From assembly GCF_000281045.1 (NCBI RefSeq), contig NW_008246093.1:427839-491838 (forward strand): a stretch of 64,000 bases of DNA. The letters run 5' to 3'. Shown piece after piece: positions 56,210 to 64,000 of the stretch. Each line of letters starts with the position of its first letter. Position 1 is the stretch's first letter. Position numbers and translations under genes: made by a program. Under the pieces are notes generated by a model. It was given only the letters and a program-made list of their open reading frames with translations. It ran no database searches and was not told the origin of the DNA. Origin of the DNA: Saprolegnia diclina VS20. Taxonomy: Eukaryota.

Positions 56210-59200
56210 TTAGGCCATGGTCACGAGGAGGCCGTCTTGTGCGTAATGCATGTGCATGGGGAACGCGCCCACGTTGGCCGTGAGCGTTCCGTTGACGCGC
56301 ATGAGCAGCCCTGTCGTCATCGTCTTGAAGAGCACCGAGATGAGCGCCGGGTTGAGCAGCGACGCGACCTCGGCGTGCAAGCACGAGCCTTCGACCGCAC
56401 CGGGGCACTACGTATGTTCCGTCACACTCTGTACAGACGACAACATCTAGACGTACCAGAGGGATCTTGGACGAGGCGCCGCAGTTGGCCCCTTGGCAGC
56501 ACGAGAGGCAGCCCGCCGTGTTCTTTGGCGGGATCACCATCGCCGCCATGTCCTTCGGGTGAAAGCGCGCGAGGAGCTGCTCGTAATACTCGTCGCAGAC
56601 AAGGACGCCCGCTACAAGCGACTCGCATCTCGGCTCTCAGAGCCAAATAAGACGTACCCGAATCTTTGCGCTGGGTCTTGCACGGATACAGCTCGAGGTC
56701 AACCGCCGTCACGTCGATCGTGTGGCCAAACGGGTTGCGCAAGACGAGTGCAGTCGCCACCGTGAGCAGGTGCAAGATCGACGGCGGGTACATGAACGAG
56801 CTAGCGACCAACGTCGGCGTCTCGGGAAACAGCATCGGCAGTGGCGGCACGGCCGTGTCGAGCGACAGCTGCGACAGCGCCGGCTGCAGCAGTGTCTTGT
56901 TGGAGCTCGCCGGGGTTCCATGAATATGAATCTACACATCTATCTATCAACTTGATACAAAAACCCACGATCAACCGTTTGCGGACGGCCGTGGGTGTAG
57001 TAGCCCGACACAAAATTCGACAAGAAGGCATCTGCGAGCGCCGCCGAACTCGGCGCAAGGAGAAACGACCCAGTCACAAGGCTCGATGCATTGCAACACG
57101 CAAGCGACACGTTGTGCAAGCGCGCCGACCCAAGACGCCCCTCTCCGTCGATGAAGACGTCCACGAGTATATCGCCGAGGGTCGCCGCCATCTGCGACGG
57201 GTTGCGCATGGCAATTGTCATCGACAAGTAGAGCTCCGACGCCGTACCTACGCCCCATAATCGTCCATATCGCTTCAAGCAGTACAAGGACCCTACCCCG
57301 CGTGATATCGACATTTTGGATCTCCACCGGACTGCCTGCAAGGCCGCCCATGCCTTGCAGCGCCATGGCGCCATTCAGTGGAATCCCCGAGAGCTCAAGC
57401 GTGCCCATGGGCGTCACGGCCCGCGGCGACGCACCGTCTCCTTCCGCCGACCCACTGGCAATCGAAAGCGACACGACGTCGGTTGCAAAGACGGTCGCAG
57501 AGATGAACGCCGCCATATGAGCTCTACCATCGCCATTCGAACGTCAGATGCACAGCGTGCGCAACGTACCGAGACGTGGCGGGAATGCGCAGCGCCACTG
57601 CATGCGGCATCGCAATCTCGAGATGCCCCGCGCCCGGCACCAGCTCCGTGTACGTGACAGCTTGACGAGGCAGCTGCATATGACCGACGCTTGTATTCTC
57701 AAAGACGAGGTCGGCGATCAGCGAGAGGTGGGTAATGTTGACGGGGAGTCGAAGCGCGTCGGGCATGGCGATGAGCGCCAACAGCGTCGCTTGCAGATGC
57801 ATCTCGCCGTCGTCCGTGAACGCCACGTGCATGCGCGGACTCGCGAGGCTCTTGACAAGAGCAAACGATTTGTCAACGCCTGGAAACGTCGTCGGCAACG
57901 TAAACGACGTCAGTGCTTGCTGCAGCCTACGATCCCAAGGACGTAATTGGACGATACGCGCTGCTTCTGTACCAAGGAACGTTCTGGGCGACGTGCGTGA
58001 GCTCGATCGCGAGCGACGATGGCTTGTATGCCAAGTAGTTGGAGAAGAAGGCGTTCATGGCCCGACTCACGCCGCCGTGCGCGTCCAAGTCCGGTTTCAG
58101 ATGACCGGCGAGCGCGATCGCATTGGCCCCGGGCGCCATCGCAATCACGCCCGAGACCGCCCCAAACGCTTCGTCACCCGCGCGCAACGTCATCTCGACC
58201 TCGCCCACCGGCATGTCGACGACCGACGGATTCCAAATCTAGCATCCGCACCATCAGACGTCGATCCTAAGTACCTTGGAGCGTACCACACTCGTGGCCG
58301 AGAACACTTCGCCTTCCGGGGCGAGCACGCCCGGCATCGAAAAGTTGAACACCGACACATTCGAAAGACCGTCCATTCCCTGCAGTGGCGTACTGAGCAC
58401 GAGCGGGATATCGGCCAAGTGGAGCGTGCCTAGCCATAGCCAAGTCGTCCACGCTGTCCATATCGAAGGCGAGGTCGCACCGAGGGCCCCCGTGGCGTGG
58501 ACTGCAAAGCGTCCAGCGAGTGCCAGCGTGACCTACGATCGTTCCGTCAGCAATCCTCCAAGACACAAAGCACTAGGAGCACGTACGTTTCGCGCACGAA
58601 GCATGCGCTGTACGAACGCGCCAAACGACTCGCCATCGCGGGTCAATACGAGGTCGGCCGCGAGGTCGAGATGCAGCTTGGTTTGGGCCACCAACACGTC
58701 ATGAACGACAACCGACGTACTGGTCAAAGCACCGAGCACCGCACCCTATCCCGTACATCATTTTGATGGCTTCATGACAACGATGTTCATACCATCGCCA
58801 CATCGGCGAGCTGCAGCGCCATCGTCATATTAGATAGCACCAAGGGCGAGTGCGGGCCGAGCGGGCTGTTGGCCGTCACCACGACACGGGTTTGTAGTCG
58901 CACCGTGCGCGCTACACTTGGTCATGAGCTCCTCTCTGGCATCGTGCATGGTGCATACGTCCCGTCGGCACGACTTGCATGTAATCGAACGCGAGGTCTG
59001 AGATAAGCGGCATGGGGTTAGGTGGCAGCTACATAACAACGCAAGTCGCATCGGGCAGTGTCAATAATGACGTGTACCGCGGAGAGGAGCGAGAGGTTGG
59101 TCAGCGCTGCATTGTACAGCGGGACGGACGTGGCGTGGGGCGAACAAGCCGTGACGCCCACGGACGCGGCGCGGTCACTGAGGTATCTGCGGTCGTCTGT

Positions 59201-60323
59201 CAGCCATTGAAACTGCAACCGAAGCACTCACGTCGATATCATGGCACTGGTCACGAGCGAGTCGGTCGAGACGATCGAGCCCGTGAGCGCAAGGTGGTTG
59301 TAGCCGGTGGGCCCAAGGTGTCGGCAGGCGCTGTCCGATGCGTCCGTCATCGTCACCTACAGACGTATTGACGTCATACGCGTCACTAGAGAGAGAGAGA
59401 CGTTGAGGCTGGCGTCGCCCGAGATGCGCCCAATGTTGGCCGTGACGTTGCCCGGCGTCGTGTATGCAACGTCCAAACAGAGCGTGCCCACGGGTGTCAG
59501 TGCAGTCGCCGACGGGTTCAAGAGGCACGTCTCGATGTGTGCCATCACGCTCGTCTTCGTCGACGCCGTCAAGTCCATCTACACAGCGTGACGACGCAAT
59601 GAGATGCTACGGGCATGCACCTGCGTGATTGCAAGCGTCGAGAGGCCGTGCATCCCGGTGAGAATCATGGCTTTTTCAAGCGACAAGCCCGCGATCGGCA
59701 CCGAGAAGAGCCCAAGGTGCACCGAGAGGTCCACCGTGCCCGAGAGCATCCACGCGGTCGTGTTGGACTGCACCATCGCGGCAGCAAAGCGGCCCCAGAC
59801 GGCCATGTCAGTCACCTACACGCCGATGAGACACCTCGAGAAGGTGCGTCGTCGTACGTTGAGCGTTGCATTCGCGATCGTGTGCAGCGACGTGCCATGC
59901 GAGATGTCCATCGATGGCGTCATGAACGAGCCAAAGATGCTGCCGTTAAAGTGCAGATAGAGAGTTGCCGCGGCCATTGTCGCTCCAAAGGGACTGCCCG
60001 ACGCCACCTACACGCACCATCGTGCATCACCGTCCAAAACAAGCCTCGCATACCTCGAGCTGCGTCGTGAGCTGCGCGCTGTGGGCGGCAGGCGACGCCA
60101 GCTGCATGCGGCGGATGGTCATGCCCGTCGTCGCGAGTGCATGCTGCGCGATCGGGCGGAGGCAGACAGCCACGCCAACAAGGAGCGCTGCCAGCAGCCC
60201 GAGGCCCACGACCAACTTGCGCCGGAGCGTCCATCGCTTCGACTGCACAGGCTCGTCGTGCTCGAGAAAGCCCGTCGCGTCCTCCAGTAGCCGCGTATCT
60301 TCCTCGTCGTCGGCTTGCCTCAT
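56210..60323 (-). CDS. Type II membrane protein with repeated DUF3712/LEA2-like beta domains, many introns
   Basis: TM segment RRKLVVGLGLLAALLVGVAVCL; repeated modules SPFGATM..., LSLEKAMILTGMHGL, LNPSATALTPVG, LNGAMALQGMGGL, MRNPSQMAATLG, LRNPFGHTIDV. Confidence 0.75.
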
Positions 60324-61195
60324 CTTGTCAACTGCTCGAGAACACGCAAATAGTACAAATAGTGAAATAGTGTACGAAAACAATACCAACACTATATCGC
60401 GTTCCACAGTATATAAATATAGGGGTAGGGTGGTGCACCAAAATCGGTTTATTGACAACACGAATAAACACGTCACAAAAACTAGCGACACAACGCGTGT
60501 TGAAGGGAACAAAAATGGCTTTCCAGTAGGAAAAATCCTCATTTGTGTCGATAGAAATCCCAAAGTTTCCTATTTTTGCCGACTGAGACTGATCGTGACG
60601 CGCCCCACGGCAAAGGCCAAGGTCGAGCAACGCGCCGCCAGCCACGCAACGGCCCTTCCCTCGAAAGATGCAGCGGCCGATGCAGGTACGTGTACCCCCC
60701 AACCTCTCGCTTCCATGTCGTATCCCTTAGGTACTAGTGCCGCCCTCTGAGAACGCGGTGAACACGAATGACGCGTTGTGCACGGGTTGAATCGACTCGA
60801 ATGAGACAGTCCCTTCTTTTCAATCTAGCAAGCTAAGAAACTAGGTCGTACTAGCAACTAGCAAAGATGTTAGTTGGTTCTGGTACCATTTGAACAGAAG
60901 ACGTACTGCATGCTATGAGCCATCGAGTTGCCCACCGGCAAGAATGTTCGACTCCAGTGCTCGTCGAACGGCTATGGACGCGTTGGAACACGTTGCCGTT
61001 CCGTGATGCCCACGAAACTGCAAGTGCAAAGTCTGATCTCTCCAAAGACAGCTGTCGACGAGGTTGTCTTGCGCCACCAACGGTATAGTTCAACAGGGAT
61101 GCCGTAGCATGACGACCAACGCAGCACGATCGCGTCATGACTCTATCTTATCAACACAGCCAGATCGTCTCTTCTATAGCTTCTATCAATATGGT

Positions 61196-63239
61196 CTACG
61201 AGTTGTCGGTGGCCCACACGAGCCGGTCGAGGAGGACCTTTTCCAGTACAATCCCATGCGCATCGGCTTCTTCGACGCACGTCCACGCCACGTCAATGTT
61301 GTCGCAGTCCAAGCACGCGTGGATCGCCGCCTAGCACAGCACCAACGTGAGGTCGCACGCTACGAGTACGCGCTTACGTGATAGACGATCGCATTGTCTT
61401 CGACGAGGCCGAGGCCGACCCAATCGAGAAACGCGCGCACAAACACCGTCGGGTCCTGGCGCTCTTTGCGGTGGGTTACAAAACACACCTACCCCCAATG
61501 AGTTCCCCTACCCGCATATGGCTAGAAACACGCACCGTAAACACGTCGGCCGGCAACGCCACTTCATGCAGCGCGCCGTACTCGAGCAGGCGGTTCAAGC
61601 TTAGCATGTCGTGCGCGCGCGTCACGTCGAGCGCAAAGTGCCGGAGCAATGACGCCGGCACGACCATATCGGACGCCTCGAATATCTCAAACACCGCCAT
61701 GGCCTTGCTACCGTCGTGCTCGAGAAAGTACGCACGGATGGCCTCCCGCTGCGACGACGACGATGCCCGCAAAAGCGCTTCCAGTGCCTGCGCATGGCGC
61801 GGGTTGTCCATGTGCCTGGACTCGGTGTGTTCAAAGAGGTCTGTCGCGAGCGCAAAGTCCCCGGCGGCCAGCGACGCCACGAGGAGCGTCGGCGGAAGCT
61901 CCTTGAAGAGGCGTTTGTGCGTCGATGCAAGCGTGAGCGCCGACGTCATCGAGGTGCCGGCCCGCTGGCACGCCACGAGGTAGATGTCGAGCATGTCACC
62001 AAACGTCCTCGCCTCGGCGGTGGCCGCCAATTCGAGAAGCGCCAGCGCCCTGGCTTCGTCTGCGCCGAGTAGAACCATGAGCTTGGGACCAAAGAGCTGT
62101 GCAAACTCCGCCCGCAGCGACGGCGTTGGGAGCGAGAGCGCCCACTCGGCAATGCCGTCGGCGGAAATGGCGTGCGGCGGGCGGAGGCAAAAGGCGGCGA
62201 CGGCCGGCGTCACCAGCGACTCGCCCGCCGACAAGAGAAAGACCACCTTGGCGCTCGTCGGTGTCAAGAGCTGCTGGAAGCGCACCACGAGCGCCCAGTC
62301 GCAAAGAAGTAGGCTACTACGCAAGCCCGAAATGATGACGTTGGGCGGCGTGTGCGTGAGCTTGTTGTGAGCGAGGGCTTCGAGGAGCAGCGGCAAGAGA
62401 CGCGCGTGGTGGCGGCGGTGGCCTTCGTTGTACAGCCACGTCGTAAAGACGTCGGGCGAGAGGCGCCAGTCGGACCGACGCAGCACGCACCGAACAAGAT
62501 CGTGGAGAAGCTTGAACTGATCCTTCTCGCTGCTCTCAATTAGATCGAGCGCCACCATCGAGAGCGCGCTGGGCGCCGGCGACCCGCAGAACGGAAACTG
62601 CTTGATCATGACGTGCGCAATCGACGGCGCAAGCGCCTTCTTCCGATAGACAAAGTACGACACGAAGTGCTTCCACGTCTTGGGCAGCGAGAGCGTCCCG
62701 GGCAGCGCCGGCGCAAACTCGGTCAGCGCGTGCATGTGAACGAGCACATTAGCCATACCCGGCCGAATCTCACCGTCGTAGCACCCGTGCGTGTACAAGC
62801 GCAAGGCCTCGTCGTACGCCTTCATGTGCATGCACTGGGCCAAGAGCCCGGGCGCGCTGCAGTGCTGCTGCGTCGCAAGCGACACGAGCACGCGCAGGAG
62901 CCGCCGGCGATCGTCGAGCGTCGTCGCTGTCGTGGGCACAGCGTCCAGCACCGCCTTGGTGAGCGCGTCGGGCATATCGACGCGACACGTCAAGGCCGTC
63001 GCGAGCGCAGCATGCAGCGGCTCGGCGCTGTTCAACGACGCCGAAATGGCCGTGAGCACATCCGCCTTGGGCAGCGCCGTCATAGCTGGCAGCGCTGGCA
63101 GCGACGTCGGCGCAGGCTGCGCAGCGTCATCACCCTTGGACCAGCGCCGCTGCAGTGCGTCATAGAGCGACGATTGCGGCGCGAGCGTCGCGAGGCCGCG
63201 GCGCGCAGGCGTGGCGTCCACCGCCAGGCGTCGAAGCAT
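61196..63239 (-). CDS. PPR-containing helical repeat protein, probably mitochondrial, with two 3' introns
   Basis: Presequence-like MLRRLAVDATPARRGLATL. The spliced C-terminus NAIVYH/AAIHACLDCDNIDVAWTCVEEADAHGI is a PPR motif. Confidence 0.75.
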
Positions 63240-63672
63240 TTTTATGCAATGGCGCATCCGGATACGCATGCGCCTATTTGTGGCATGTGCCAAATTGAAG
63301 TTGTGCGACATCTGCGCGCCCACACTCCATTCTCCCGCGACGAGTCCCACAACCACAAGCCGTGAACAACAACCGAGCCAGAATCTACATAGCCTATACT
63401 CACATAGCATTTATAATCTTGTTATGACATAGCTTCAATAGCGATGCACGACTCGTCTTTTGTCTGCCAAAAGACGTATATGCGAAGACTTCGTACGGTA
63501 TGCTATGTACTGCGATCGCGACGCTAATAAATTAGTGGCCCGTACAATAGCAAACGCTCGTGTGGGCACAGACTTTGTCAAGCAGCGTATTGACCAAGAC
63601 CATAAATGTACTAGACAAGTGTATCGTGGCGCTAATTATATCTTCAACGCGGGAAAACACGAAGTGCGCGGC

Positions 63673-64000
63673 ATGGGCGCGTGCCTCAGTCGCGTCACCC
63701 TCGTGGGCCCGCAGTATTCGACGACCGATGGCATGCAAGCGCTCTTCCACTCGCTTGGGTTCACTGTGCACGACACCAACCGTCTTTACAACGCCTTTCT
63801 GCGGGCAGACGCAGGTGTCGTTCGCTGATGGCGTCACCTTTTCCAACGACGCTGTAGACAACACGGGCGGGCTTTCGTTCGTCGAGTTTCTCACTTGCTT
63901 TGGTACGTTGCCAACCCACTTGACCAGTAAAAGGACGATTAATGCACAGATCTCGACAATACCGAGTTTACGAAAAAGACATTTACGGTGCGTGCTCGTG
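63673..64000 (+). CDS. N-acylated EF-hand protein (CBL/recoverin-like), partial, runs off the window
   Basis: MGACLSR N-terminus. Splicing 63815-63857 gives a canonical EF loop, AFLRADADNTGGLSFVEFL. Confidence 0.75.

Noticed and set aside
56192..56214. Telomere-like TTAGCCCTAGCCCTAGGGTTAGG
   Set aside because: Too short and irregular; it sits at the stop and 3' UTR of a gene.
61064..61470. Plus-strand ORFs suggesting a separate gene
   Set aside because: Explained by the last two exons of the minus-strand PPR gene.

Overview
Gene-dense, GC-rich eukaryotic DNA with short (about 45-65 nt) GT-AG introns. Gene content and family types point to an oomycete, most likely a Saprolegnia-type water mould; this is an inference, since no search was run. 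About 25 protein genes can be read. They include a selenoprotein T with an in-frame UGA and a clear SECIS element, a MYST acetyltransferase, the meiotic ZIP4/TEX11 gene, an organellar-type 5'-3' exonuclease, a DUF2828/vWA protein, an ankyrin family with intact and dead copies, a very large USP deubiquitinase, a Bacteroidetes-type PurM, a papain protease, an ABCC transporter, a TIR/HET-like-TPR protein, a myristoylated pseudokinase, tandem 2OG-Fe(II) oxygenases, a DUF3712-like membrane protein and a PPR protein. The most unusual non-coding signals are three. First, a cluster of tRNA-Gln-derived, Pol III-type tRNA-like genes with non-canonical anticodon arms and an ATCGAAG T-loop (55.3-56.1 kb). 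Second, a palindromic ATCCGGAT motif that recurs just upstream of many start codons. Third, a 22-bp E-box tandem repeat in front of the TIR/HET-like gene. Exon boundaries were read by eye and are approximate in the multi-intron genes.
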